Positions 1 to 7,812 of a DNA stretch of 37,868 nucleotides are shown here, piece by piece. The DNA is from a virus (taxonomy: Duplodnaviria; Caudoviricetes), in the IMG/VR virus record IMGVR_UViG_3300037851_000958, positions 1 through 37,868 of that record; one strand, 5' to 3'. The notes under the pieces are model-generated. The model made no database searches. It was given only the letters and a program-made list of their open reading frames with translations, and was not told where the DNA came from. Within the stretch, counting starts at the first letter, position 1, and each line of letters starts with the position of its first letter. Made by a program: the position numbers and the translations under genes.

Positions 1-603
1 GTCCTCCTGCACCGACCATGATGAGAGATCGACGTACGGTGAGCATATGATAGGCGACTTGTCGTATCGGTGGAAGTACTCCACGGGTTGTATGCCGTGC
101 AGGGCGAGGAGCCTGTCTGCCTCCCCGTCCGCGTCGGTGCCATGGATCACGTGGTTTTCGCTGCGCTTTCCATCAGGTCCGCGAGGGTTCCAGCGGTCGC
201 GTTCCCGTTGCTTCCATGCCTGCAGGCGCATGTCCTGCATCTGCCGGAAGGCGCCTTCCCCGACCCATTCCTCTTGAGGGTCGGTGTCTTCCACGAGGTA
301 CACTATCACCTTGCCACCAGGCTGGCGCCGGAGATACTCGGTTTTGGCCACGAGGTGTTCTGCGGGCACCGGGGAGGCCGCATAGACGTCGCGGACGTAC
401 TTCTCCCACCGGTCCTGTTGGATAACACGGTACCACATGCCGAGTGGTTTGAGCCACGGCCGTTGGGATATGAGGTCGAAGGTGATCTGCTCTGTATACC
501 GCACGCCGTGGGGCCATATTATCAGGACATGGTGCGTGCTACGCTTGGGTTCCGGCTTGTGCGCCTTTCCAAGGTGATAGAGGTCGGGGAGTTCTTCAGT
601 CAT
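1..603 (-). CDS. 5' part (aa 1-201) of an NDK-like::ParB/Sulfiredoxin-like fusion protein; continues across the window junction at 37868
   Basis: Not in the ORF track because it runs off the edge. ATG at 603-601 overlaps the stop of 596..874, and the frame is open to position 1 (MTEELPDLYHLGK...HVLIIWPHG...EWVGEGAFRQ...RWNPRGPDGKRSENHVIHGTDAD...SWSVQED). HVIHGTD resembles the NDK phospho-His motif NxxHGSD but is not an exact match. Confidence 0.75.
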   Translation of the reverse strand, partial: MTEELPDLYHLGKAHKPEPKRSTHHVLIIWPHGVRYTEQITFDLISQRPWLKPLGMWYRVIQQDRWEKYVRDVYAASPVPAEHLVAKTEYLRRQPGGKVIVYLVEDTDPQEEWVGEGAFRQMQDMRLQAWKQRERDRWNPRGPDGKRSENHVIHGTDADGEADRLLALHGIQPVEYFHRYDKSPIICSPYVDLSSWSVQED

Positions 604-874
604 AGGACTGCGTCTCGTCGAACCTGAGCATGATAAGCTTGGCGAGTTCCTCATACTCTCCATGGGCTTCCACCCAATCGTCGTGGGTCGCCATGATAGG
701 CCTGTCGTCGGGGTTGTGGTCACCGTGACCTCTCGTGAACCTGCGGTCGTCTTGCGACCAATGGACGACGTGGCCTTTTGTATCAAGCCACTCTATCAGA
801 GACTCGGGGACCATTTCTTTTATTTCGCGTGCGGGGTCCCGGGCGCCACCAAAGTCGTAGTAGAAGTCGGTCAT
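596..874 (-). CDS. hypothetical protein (92 aa)
   Basis: ORF overlapping its neighbours at both ends in the leftward operon; no recognisable motif. Confidence 0.7.
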   Translation of the reverse strand: MTDFYYDFGGARDPAREIKEMVPESLIEWLDTKGHVVHWSQDDRRFTRGHGDHNPDDRPIMATHDDWVEAHGEYEELAKLIMLRFDETQSYD

Positions 875-1212
875 TTGGACACCGTCCTGTGTTCAAGCCA
901 CTTTAATACGCGGCGCAGTTCAGGGCCGCGCATGTTGCTCAGCCCGAACGCCCGGCAGGCATACTCCTGGCGGACTACGCGCAGGAGATTTGTAGCTTGG
1001 TCCGGGTACTCCTGCAGGTGAGCGTCCAACAATGCCAGAGTGTGGCCTACGACGTCACTGCGCATGTGGTTCCCATGGACCTCGCGCTCGATTTCAGGCC
1101 CCGGGACCGGCACTTCATTCTGCCTGCCTACGATACGCGTTACGGCCTCGAAGACCTTTTCGAAGAACTTCAAGTCGGTCCCCTTCTCGGTTTCCTGCTT
1201 CGTTTCCTGCAT
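871..1212 (-). CDS. hypothetical protein (113 aa)
   Basis: AGGAGGG Shine-Dalgarno upstream of ATG; 4-nt overlap with the next gene. Confidence 0.75.
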   Translation of the reverse strand: MQETKQETEKGTDLKFFEKVFEAVTRIVGRQNEVPVPGPEIEREVHGNHMRSDVVGHTLALLDAHLQEYPDQATNLLRVVRQEYACRAFGLSNMRGPELRRVLKWLEHRTVSK

Positions 1213-1224
1213 GCTCCCCTCCTG

Positions 1225-1464
1225 TCAAAGGTTTGCAAGAATTTCGTCGATATCAACATCCGTGATGCTGTCGTCGTTGATGTGCTCGACATACGTATAC
1301 ATCGCACTCCTGGTAATCGAATCCTGCCTGGCAAAATGGGTCAACGCCGCCTCGACTATCAGCGCCGGGATTTTGCCGTCGCTGGCGAAGATGCGATCAA
1401 GATTTTCCTTGGCCCGGGTGCTGATGCGCACATTGTGCGGGGTCGGATAAAGGTCGGGTGTCAT
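1225..1464 (-). CDS. putative ribbon-helix-helix DNA-binding protein (79 aa)
   Basis: HNVRIS beta-strand pattern followed by two helices (TRAKENLDRIF...PALIVEAALTHF); ATGA-coupled to the upstream gene. Fold is inferred. Confidence 0.55.
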   Translation of the reverse strand: MTPDLYPTPHNVRISTRAKENLDRIFASDGKIPALIVEAALTHFARQDSITRSAMYTYVEHINDDSITDVDIDEILANL

Positions 1465-1661
1465 TCGTTGGTTCCTTTGTTCCGGTCACGCACGGTCTGC
1501 ATGAGGGCTTTTGACTTTTGCTGCTGCGTGCATTTGTCGTGCAGGTTCATCAAGTAGGTGAGAGCCTCGTCTCCGCTCGTGGCCCACGATACCATGGAGG
1601 CAAGCCGCACGTTCGTACCGGGCTGTAGGCGAAGCATCGAGCCTTTGCGTTCTGTATTCAT
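1461..1661 (-). CDS. putative ribbon-helix-helix DNA-binding protein (66 aa)
   Basis: SMLRLQPGTNVRLASM...SGDEALTYLM pattern resembles RHH/CopG-type regulators; first gene after the promoter at 1686-1714; GGAG RBS. Confidence 0.5.
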   Translation of the reverse strand: MNTERKGSMLRLQPGTNVRLASMVSWATSGDEALTYLMNLHDKCTQQQKSKALMQTVRDRNKGTNE

Positions 1662-1685
1662 TCTGTGAACTCCGTGTATACCAAT

Positions 1686-1714
1686 AGTATACTACAGGTC
1701 CGTGGATCTGTCAA
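1686..1714 (-). promoter_or_regulatory. sigma70-type leftward promoter
   Basis: Minus strand TTGACA (1714-1709) - 17 nt - TATACT (1691-1686), 25 nt upstream of the ATG at 1661. Confidence 0.8.
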
Positions 1715-1735
1715 GTGTATCCGATTGATACACAG

Positions 1736-1778
1736 CAAAACGGAGAGTGCGGTACTATGTACCGCACTCTCCGTTTTG
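1736..1778 (-). terminator. intrinsic terminator, probably bidirectional
   Basis: Perfect 20-bp inverted repeat CAAAACGGAGAGTGCGGTAC-TAT-GTACCGCACTCTCCGTTTTG just downstream of the stop of 1793..2620; short T tract on both strands. Confidence 0.8.
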
Positions 1779-1792
1779 TGTTCAGGCAAACA

Positions 1793-2620
1793 TCACGCAG
1801 CGGACTTTTCTTCCAGCACCTTCGTCCTGGGTGTGAACCCAATGATGTTGGCGATGCTCGTGCGGCGCCCGCACTTTTTGACGTATTTTCCCTTGAAATG
1901 GGCATAAATCGTCGCGTTCACGAACATGCCGAGTTCATTGTCACGATACTTTGCCGACAACCTGCTTGAAAGTGCTGCAATGGCCGGCGAACTAACAATA
2001 CCTGTGCAACACTGACGAAGAAAATCACGGCCTTTTTCAGGTTGGGCAACCAAGTACATCGTAGCGTGCGCCTGGAAACGGGATCGACCTGTCCACAGCG
2101 GAGGTGCCTTGTTGTCACAGCGGTAAGACTGCCGTACAACCTCAAGCACCTCCGGGGCGTACAGTTCGAACGTGCTTATGATATCTTGAGGAGTGACACC
2201 AGACCCACGAATAGTTGTTTGTGGTGAGAAATCGCGGCAGAGGTTGAAAAGGACACCGCAACACCGTACGCTTGCCTGTGATACGTACGTGTCACCTTCC
2301 ACGAGAATCACGCGGTCAGACATGGTACGCAGCTTGCCGGCGTCAAGGGCCAAGTACCACTCCTTTTTTGCACCCTTGGTGACCTGTATTGTGAGTTTTT
2401 CGAGATTGCTCGTGACGAAAGCGTTGAGCCTGTGCTGCCCGTCGATGAGAGTCCCGTCTTCGGTGATTGCGATGCCCTGGTGGGTTGCCTGGAACTCTCC
2501 GTTTTCCATGAGCCTGCGAAACGCACGCACGTATGGCTGCCGCAGGGGCCTGTTGCTCATGTTCTTATCGAGAATCTTGAGTGCATCTTCCTTTGTGAGT
2601 ACCTCAACTTTTGTTTCCAC
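1793..2620 (-). CDS. ParB/Sulfiredoxin-superfamily (DGQHR-motif) phage protein (275 aa)
   Basis: NRPLRQPYV...GIAITEDGTLIDGQHRLNA, the ParB-N/DGQHR core; AAGGAG RBS before GTG; has its own promoter and terminator. Confidence 0.8.
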   Translation of the reverse strand: METKVEVLTKEDALKILDKNMSNRPLRQPYVRAFRRLMENGEFQATHQGIAITEDGTLIDGQHRLNAFVTSNLEKLTIQVTKGAKKEWYLALDAGKLRTMSDRVILVEGDTYVSQASVRCCGVLFNLCRDFSPQTTIRGSGVTPQDIISTFELYAPEVLEVVRQSYRCDNKAPPLWTGRSRFQAHATMYLVAQPEKGRDFLRQCCTGIVSSPAIAALSSRLSAKYRDNELGMFVNATIYAHFKGKYVKKCGRRTSIANIIGFTPRTKVLEEKSAA

Positions 2621-2715
2621 CTCTGTTCTCCTTTTTTGGTGTGTGGCTGATCCATAAACGTGCGCCTACTGTTCTACCCTCCTTCCGCGGCGCTGTGATA
2701 ATCTATTCATACGAC

Positions 2716-2744
2716 AATATACCATATCAAAACGCGTTTGTCAA
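2716..2744 (-). promoter_or_regulatory. sigma70-type leftward promoter with extended -10
   Basis: Minus strand TTGACA (2744-2739) - 17 nt - TATATT (2721-2716), preceded by TGn; the -35 overlaps the stop codon of the upstream gene. Confidence 0.8.
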
Positions 2745-3220
2745 GCCCCACCACCAAACATTCGCGCCTCGCGTATAATATTCGCCATGTCACGGCCAAC
2801 AACAGCCTCGAAATCATCTTCAGAATTTCGTGTGCCATATGCCTCATCCAATCCTGCATCGTCGAGATTTTCGGCAAACGAGTTAAGTCGTTCTATCATA
2901 CTGTCAAAGCCGCTCTCTTTTGACATAGTGTAGAGTACAAAATAACCGTTCTTTCTCTGTTGGTCAGACATTTCACTATTGAGTGTTATTGGATCGGAGC
3001 GATCGCTCATTATCCGGCACACAGAAATGATGACCATCAGATGCATTTTTGTACGTTTGTATACCGTCTGTTCACATACCCCGCGCAAACGCCTGCTGAA
3101 GCACATGAGTACATACTCATTTCTTTCGTCTCCGGCGATAGGGTAAGTTTCGATACGTGGTCGATACCATTCCGTGTCGCCCATGGTTTCTTTCATGAGC
3201 TTCAAGAAGTCGTCACTCAT
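2741..3220 (-). CDS. hypothetical protein (~159 aa; alternative start 3244)
   Basis: ATG at 3220 overlaps the upstream stop (ATGAGTGA) and has AAGGA upstream; no motif recognised. Confidence 0.65.
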   Translation of the reverse strand: MSDDFLKLMKETMGDTEWYRPRIETYPIAGDERNEYVLMCFSRRLRGVCEQTVYKRTKMHLMVIISVCRIMSDRSDPITLNSEMSDQQRKNGYFVLYTMSKESGFDSMIERLNSFAENLDDAGLDEAYGTRNSEDDFEAVVGRDMANIIREARMFGGGA

Positions 3221-3530
3221 GTGCACCATCCTTTGTGATAGCATAACAGTCTGAAGGCACCTTGACGAACGTCCCGTCCTCGTCCATAATCAACCCGTAT
3301 TGGGCAAGGACATACGACCTGCTCATGTTCCAGCGACCCTCTGTCGGCCGCGTGGTGAGCCTCACGATGGTCTGATCAGACCACCTGCATCCGTCCGGGC
3401 ACTGCCAGGCTCCACGATAGAATCGACCGCCACCACGCAGGCAGGCTTGGATCGGTCCATACCCACATGCTTGGCACCTAATGGTCTGACCGTCGTCAGA
3501 CACGATTCTCATTATCCTGCGAGTTGACAT
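3213..3530 (-). CDS. putative zinc-finger protein (105 aa)
   Basis: CQAC...CPDGC cysteine pairs; AAGGGGG RBS. Confidence 0.6.
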   Translation of the reverse strand: MSTRRIMRIVSDDGQTIRCQACGYGPIQACLRGGGRFYRGAWQCPDGCRWSDQTIVRLTTRPTEGRWNMSRSYVLAQYGLIMDEDGTFVKVPSDCYAITKDGAHE

Positions 3531-3541
3531 ATCAACCCCCT

Positions 3542-3739
3542 TCAGTTAAAGGATTTTACGAACTCACGTCCATCATTGTCAGCTTGGCAGTCTATCAGAG
3601 CCTGCGCGGCCTGTTCACTCGTTACCTTCAGCTTGCGCGCCAACCCCGCAACAACCTTCCTTGCCCACTTCTGGTCCCGGGCCATGTTCTTCGTGAAGAA
3701 CTCGTACGCGCTCATACCACTCGCAACCTTAACGCTCAT
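3542..3739 (-). CDS. hypothetical protein (65 aa, MSVKVASG...)
   Basis: AAGGAGG RBS before the ATG at 3739; this start avoids overlap with 3762..3956, unlike the longer 3904 start in the track. Confidence 0.65.
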   Translation of the reverse strand: MSVKVASGMSAYEFFTKNMARDQKWARKVVAGLARKLKVTSEQAAQALIDCQADNDGREFVKSFN

Positions 3740-3761
3740 ACCACCCTCCTTGGTGAATGGT

Positions 3762-3956
3762 TTACTGACCGCGCTGATTGCACAGTCTTGAAAAATCTTC
3801 CTCGCTGATGAGCGCCCGGCGTACGACCCCATGACCGTCGGGCTTGGGCTCGATGCGCCGGAGGAACTCAACACCATGCCGGCGACAGTAGAGCCGTACA
3901 GCATCGCAGTTCACCCCCCACCTCTTAGCCACATCTGACACGTACACCGTCTTCAT
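3762..3956 (-). CDS. helix-turn-helix protein, MerR/excisionase-like (64 aa)
   Basis: VSDVAKRWGVNCDAVRLYCRR HTH followed by a wing (RALISEEDF); GAGG RBS; ATGA coupling. Confidence 0.65.
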   Translation of the reverse strand: MKTVYVSDVAKRWGVNCDAVRLYCRRHGVEFLRRIEPKPDGHGVVRRALISEEDFSRLCNQRGQ

Positions 3957-4162
3957 ACCTCACCCCCTTGGATGTCCTTGCGATCCCATGCATCGATGAT
4001 TTCCCCGGACTTCGAAATGCGTATCACCTCGTCCCACAGGTCCACAACATGTGCGCGTGCGGAGGCCATCAATGTCTCGTCCGTGACCTCTTCGCTATCA
4101 TCGCACAGCACATGGCCAACCACCTTGTCACCCCGGCAGTACTGCAACATACCGGTCCTCAT
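3953..4162 (-). CDS. hypothetical protein (69 aa)
   Basis: First gene after the promoter at 4210-4238; AAGGGGGTGG RBS. Confidence 0.65.
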   Translation of the reverse strand: MRTGMLQYCRGDKVVGHVLCDDSEEVTDETLMASARAHVVDLWDEVIRISKSGEIIDAWDRKDIQGGEV

Positions 4163-4209
4163 TTTCCACCCCCTTGGTTAATGTTTACTATCGTACCCTA
4201 CACAACACT

Positions 4210-4238
4210 AATATACCTTTTTGGTGCGCAGATGTCAA
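4210..4238 (-). promoter_or_regulatory. sigma70-type leftward promoter
   Basis: Minus strand TTGACA (4238-4233) - 17 nt - TATATT (4215-4210). Confidence 0.8.
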
Positions 4239-4295
4239 CCCATGGTGGCAACTATTTTGTGTCAAAATCGAAAGTGGACTTGTCGAAAGCGAAAG

Positions 4296-4805
4296 TCAGC
4301 CGTTGGAGGCAGCTTCCTGCAATTTTCCACCGGACACCTTCCCCATAAGCTTTTTGAAGGTATCGTCCGCAGACTTGGGCCACTTCGTATCGATGCCGTC
4401 CTTTGGCACCACGGCCATGCACCGTTTGAAGTAGAGGAAGCTACGTCGGTCCTTTGGAGACTGCATGTAGGCGGTAACCACCGGGCGTTCGGTGCGGATG
4501 AGATCTATAACGTCTTCGGCGAACGCAGCCTTGTCCTCCACGTAAGGCGGAATGTCTTCTCCTCCGATGGCGTCCATGAACCCAAGGAACCGTTCCTGCT
4601 CTTTGGCGGTGTCCCCGGTCACGGACCCAAAGATGGTCTGAACGGTGGTGTACCGTTTGTGGCAAACCCCGTCGCCACCTACCCAACACAGCAGGATTTG
4701 AAGGATGCCGAACGACCCACCATCCAATTTTGGTGGTATGAACCGAGCATCAGCTACAACGTAGGGAAAACCTCCGGAGGCATGTCGACCAAAAGAACGT
4801 GACAT
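4296..4805 (-). CDS. hypothetical protein (169 aa); weak candidate replication initiator
   Basis: Long ORF next to the structured non-coding region. The N-terminal ILQILLCWVGGDGVCHKRYTTV loosely resembles the winged-helix of phage initiators, but the resemblance is weak. Confidence 0.55.
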   Translation of the reverse strand: MSRSFGRHASGGFPYVVADARFIPPKLDGGSFGILQILLCWVGGDGVCHKRYTTVQTIFGSVTGDTAKEQERFLGFMDAIGGEDIPPYVEDKAAFAEDVIDLIRTERPVVTAYMQSPKDRRSFLYFKRCMAVVPKDGIDTKWPKSADDTFKKLMGKVSGGKLQEAASNG

Positions 4806-4854
4806 GGTGTTGCTTTCTCGGGCAGGAAACTGTATATTGTGGGTGACTTACGTC

Positions 4855-4920
4855 GAGGTCCTCTCCCGCCCGGGATTCAAAGGACCTCAAGGGCCGGCAG
4901 GCAGACACCTGACCGGCCCT
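4855..4920. repeat. two tandem hairpins
   Basis: GAGGTCCT(4855-62)/AGGACCTC(4881-88), and AGGGCCGG-CAGG(4890-4901)/CCTG-A-CCGGCCCT(4908-20). Confidence 0.7.
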
Positions 4921-4956
4921 ATCAATATACGCCCTGGTAGCCTAAAAATCAACAGA

Positions 4957-5082
4957 CCCCTCGTGCTCCCCGCAATATCAACCCACAGTCATTCCACCCT
5001 TGAATTACAAGCTTGTAATACTACCTTGTATTACATAGGTCGGAATTGACAGGGTTGAAGTACTGTCGGGGAGCACGAGGGG
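4957..5082. repeat. 126-bp imperfect palindrome with AT-rich palindromic core
   Basis: Perfect 16-bp arms CCCCTCGTGCTCCCCG (4957-72) / CGGGGAGCACGAGGGG (5067-82); inner pairings TCAACCC/GGGTTGA, GTCA/TGAC, TTCC/GGAA; core ATTACAAGCTTGTAAT (5004-19) and TGTAATAC-N6-GTATTACA (5014-35). Confidence 0.9.
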
Positions 5083-5177
5083 GCCGTAGTCCTGCTATCA
5101 AGCAGACGTTGACGTCATACCGTGGCGCCGGCCCCGCCCCGTAATCTTCATCCTGCCTGCCGGAAACCGGCCTTCCT

Positions 5178-5507
5178 GCCAGGGTAAGGCCACGACCCCT
5201 AACTGACAGTCTGTCTGTTTGAAGGCACCTATTGGCCTTGGACGGCTCAAGGGACGTTGGAAAGCTATTCAACAACAGACGGTGTATAGGCGCCTTGGTA
5301 GACATCAAACCTGCCTATTTATCGAGGTCCTGCTCAATCCTGAATCTAGCTCAGGTAAGCCTTCAAGAAATCTTCAAAAATGATGGCGAAATTCATAGTA
5401 AAATCGCCAAGTGATTCGCGCAGGCGCCGTTCCGGGCTCTTCGACTGTACTTTGCCACCAAACGCACGGAACCGCCCCAAATCGCCAGGGTAAGGCCACG
5501 ACCCCTA
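5178..5507 (+). repeat. perfect 24-bp direct repeat, 2 copies
   Basis: GCCAGGGTAAGGCCACGACCCCTA at 5178-5201 and 5484-5507. Confidence 0.9.
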
Positions 5508-5556
5508 TCCGAGGCCGTCCGGTTACTTTAAGGCCTCCCAGGGCCTCCTACATGGA

Positions 5557-5600
5557 AACCTGAAATTCAGGTTGACAAGGCCAAAGAAATAGAGTATTAT
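5557..5600 (+). promoter_or_regulatory. sigma70-type rightward promoter with operator-like palindrome
   Basis: TTGACA (5572-77) - 17 nt - TATTAT (5595-5600); AACCTGAA-A-TTCAGGTT (5557-73) overlaps the -35. Confidence 0.8.
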
Positions 5601-5649
5601 CCGTATGTAGGTAATATTATCGTTTTTCGCGAATTTGGAGAACAAGGCC

Positions 5650-6513
5650 GTGAATGGAAATAAACGACGGCTCAATCCGTCTCGGTCAAAAAACCTCCGG
5701 CAGCGCTGCCGGAACTACGCGGAGATGAGTTCTCGCGTTAACCGGGTCTTTCAAGACACCGACCTTACCGGAGTACCCAAATATTATCGTGATCCCGGGA
5801 GTGTCGAGGCCCGGCACCTCCTTTCGGCAGGTAGGACCATACTCGCTGCCGACCGGATATGGCCCAAACCGAATATCAAGCCCGTACGTATCCTGCATTA
5901 CCGCGATACCATGCAGAGCACCTATATGAGCGATTATCAGGATCGCCTGGAGGATGCGGAAGATACTAATCAATTTGACCCTGAAATAGGCACCAATGAG
6001 TACAAGTCGTTGTACGAGAAGTACTTCGACCTGTTACCTCCAGAACTACAGGACGTCATGTCGATGGCGGCTGACGGCAAGCGCCAATGCGAGATAGGAT
6101 CATTCCTTGGTCTGACCCAGGGCGCCATCTCCCATCGCCTCGCCGCGGCGCAGAGGCGCATCAAGGAACTGGCGACGAAACCTGAATGTGCAGTGGACCC
6201 CATACAGTGGGTCCGGTCGGCGTTCGGGACCTTAGCCGCTAAAATAATCGAACTGATGGACAAACACGAGTGTCAACTCCGCGTCGCCGAGATCCTCAAC
6301 CGGGAACACCTGTGGACCGGGGTCACCCAGACGTCTGTCCGTTACTGGCTGCACCGCATAGCGTATGCATGCTACGCCCTCGGGGAGCGGGACGTGGCGG
6401 CGTGGGTGCATTGGGTAGCCACACATTCCTATGTGCGCGGTTACCTGAGACCCCAAGCGTTCCGGCACGGCCGTAAATGGCTCAGGTTCAAGACAAGGAA
6501 GGCCTACTTATGA
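5650..6513 (+). CDS. sigma-70 region 4-like transcription factor with a second HTH
   Basis: LLPPELQDVMSMAADGKRQCEIGSFLGLTQGAISHRL (region 4 HTH) and a second HTH QLRVAEILN...VTQTSVRYWL; GTG 5650 follows GGAG (start uncertain). Confidence 0.7.
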   Translation: MNGNKRRLNPSRSKNLRQRCRNYAEMSSRVNRVFQDTDLTGVPKYYRDPGSVEARHLLSAGRTILAADRIWPKPNIKPVRILHYRDTMQSTYMSDYQDRLEDAEDTNQFDPEIGTNEYKSLYEKYFDLLPPELQDVMSMAADGKRQCEIGSFLGLTQGAISHRLAAAQRRIKELATKPECAVDPIQWVRSAFGTLAAKIIELMDKHECQLRVAEILNREHLWTGVTQTSVRYWLHRIAYACYALGERDVAAWVHWVATHSYVRGYLRPQAFRHGRKWLRFKTRKAYL

Positions 6514-6794
6514 GCTGGAAAGATCTGTCACCTATCCTGAGAGAGGCGCTCGATGAGATGTGCCGGGTGGTCGGTTCAAAGCCGAGTAGCATCGATTGGG
6601 ACGACCAGAATTGGTTCTTGACCCGGTCTTGGACAGCCGAACAGGAGGAGACATACGTTAAGTGGATGACCGATTGGCTTGTAGATAACAAAGAGGCGCG
6701 TGAGAGTCTTTTGGCGCATCCTCGTCGTAACCGGAGCCACTGTCACAAAGCGGCCCGGGAGTTCGCATGGACATATGGATGGAGGCGAGCATGA
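6510..6794 (+). CDS. hypothetical phage protein (94 aa, Trp-rich)
   Basis: ATGA overlaps at both ends. Confidence 0.75.
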   Translation: MSWKDLSPILREALDEMCRVVGSKPSSIDWDDQNWFLTRSWTAEQEETYVKWMTDWLVDNKEARESLLAHPRRNRSHCHKAAREFAWTYGWRRA

Positions 6795-7087
6795 CTGCAG
6801 CACCCATACAGTACCGCACACGGGACCTGTATTACGCGGCGTATCTCCTCACCGTAGGGGAACGCCTGGACCAGACGTCGTTGGTGGGTAGAAGCGTTTT
6901 CATGAGTTTCTTGTCGTCACCGACCATGCCTTCCAGGGCGCAGGAATACCATGCTAAACGGGGGATGGTCTCTGCGGCGACCTATGCCGACAACATCAAA
7001 AACCTGAAATCGATGTGCGTGGCCATGGTGCGGGGTGAGGCCGATGCCAAGACAGACACTGTACGAGCAGTACCTGGACCAGCGTAA
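6791..7087 (+). CDS. DUF5659-like putative DNA-binding protein
   Basis: N-terminal YRTRDLYYAAYL, recalled as typical of this phage family; GGAGG RBS and ATGA coupling. Confidence 0.6.
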   Translation: MTAAPIQYRTRDLYYAAYLLTVGERLDQTSLVGRSVFMSFLSSPTMPSRAQEYHAKRGMVSAATYADNIKNLKSMCVAMVRGEADAKTDTVRAVPGPA

Positions 7088-7235
7088 TTGGGACGTCAAG
7101 GCGTGGCTCGACCAAGTCGAGATCACCCACCGGGCAGAGGTCGAGGAAGCGTTCTGCGCCGGCCGCAATACCTATTCCGCTCCTTGGGACGACGCCTGGG
7201 AGGCTTACAGCCATGGTAGACATACAAAAGATTAA
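7044..7235 (+). CDS. hypothetical protein (~63 aa)
   Basis: GAGG before the ATG; fills the gap in the operon, with overlaps on both sides. Confidence 0.5.
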   Translation: MPRQTLYEQYLDQRNWDVKAWLDQVEITHRAEVEEAFCAGRNTYSAPWDDAWEAYSHGRHTKD

Positions 7236-7812
7236 CGATATCGCCGCCGGAAAATGCGCCCCGGACGGATACTGCAGTCACCTCCCGGTCCTGGACAAGG
7301 TCATAGCGTACATCCGCCCCGACAGGGCGTTGGAGTATGGCGCCGGACTGTGGTCGACACCGTACCTCACCCAGAGGGTGACCTATGTACGTACCGTAGA
7401 GACTGTGCATGCATGGATCGACGATGTACGAAAGGAACTCCCCGCTGTCTACGGGAGGTGGGACGTCGTGCATCCCGCCGATGAACTCTCCGAGGCGACA
7501 GGGAACGACGAGCAATGGGATCTCGTGTTCGTTGATGGCACCCGGGATGCAAGGCATCATATCATCCAACATACCATGGACAAAGGACTTGCAAAGGTCA
7601 TAGTGGCGCACGACGCCGAACGTGCGGAGTACAAGTACGACCTGATAAATTTGAGTGAGGGGTGGGGATATACGATAGTGAAGTGCGCGGGGCCTTGGTG
7701 TATCGTGATCTCCAAGGATCCGGGGTTGCATGAATGGTTGACAAGTTATCCGACGTGGTCTACATGGGTGCCGGGCTTGTTGGCGGCAAGGAACTATCCG
7801 GTGCTAAAATGA
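7213..7812 (+). CDS. class I SAM-dependent methyltransferase (small-molecule/sugar type)
   Basis: ALEYGAGLWST (motif I), WDLVFVDG and IVAHDAE; lacks the DPPY/NPPY/PC motifs of DNA MTases; GGAGG RBS. Confidence 0.75.
   Translation: MVDIQKINDIAAGKCAPDGYCSHLPVLDKVIAYIRPDRALEYGAGLWSTPYLTQRVTYVRTVETVHAWIDDVRKELPAVYGRWDVVHPADELSEATGNDEQWDLVFVDGTRDARHHIIQHTMDKGLAKVIVAHDAERAEYKYDLINLSEGWGYTIVKCAGPWCIVISKDPGLHEWLTSYPTWSTWVPGLLAARNYPVLK

Noticed and set aside
70-627. Plus-strand 185-aa ORF, and the many other antisense ORFs in the track (e.g. 12774..13457, 15494..16279, 27883..28665)
   Set aside because: Shadow frames of GC-rich or repetitive real genes on the opposite strand; no RBS or motifs.
1225-1661. 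Toxin-antitoxin pair
   Set aside because: Both products look like RHH regulators, and no toxin motif (PIN, RelE, HicA, Fic) is visible nearby.
3740-3904. N-terminal extension of ORF 3542..3904
   Set aside because: It overlaps the HTH gene 3762..3956; a strong RBS supports the start at 3739.
3530-4178. Recurrent ACCCCCTT motif upstream of three leftward genes
   Set aside because: Explained as an AAGGGGGT Shine-Dalgarno variant on the minus strand.
4243-4265. Second TTGACA on the minus strand at 4265-4260
   Set aside because: No plausible -10 element at 16-18 nt spacing.
4957-5082. Protelomerase target (telRL) of a linear plasmid-phage
   Set aside because: No protelomerase or tyrosine-recombinase ORF is visible, and the palindrome is bulged rather than near-perfect.
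4850-5400. tRNA/tmRNA gene
   Set aside because: Hairpins are present, but I could not build a cloverleaf with D- and T-loop consensus.
4804-5414. Short ORFs in the divergence region (4804..5049, 5021..5308, 5232..5414)
   Set aside because: No convincing RBS, atypical composition, and they overlap the palindromes.
5178-5507. CRISPR array from the 24-bp repeats
   Set aside because: Only two copies, 282 bp of intervening sequence, and no cas genes.
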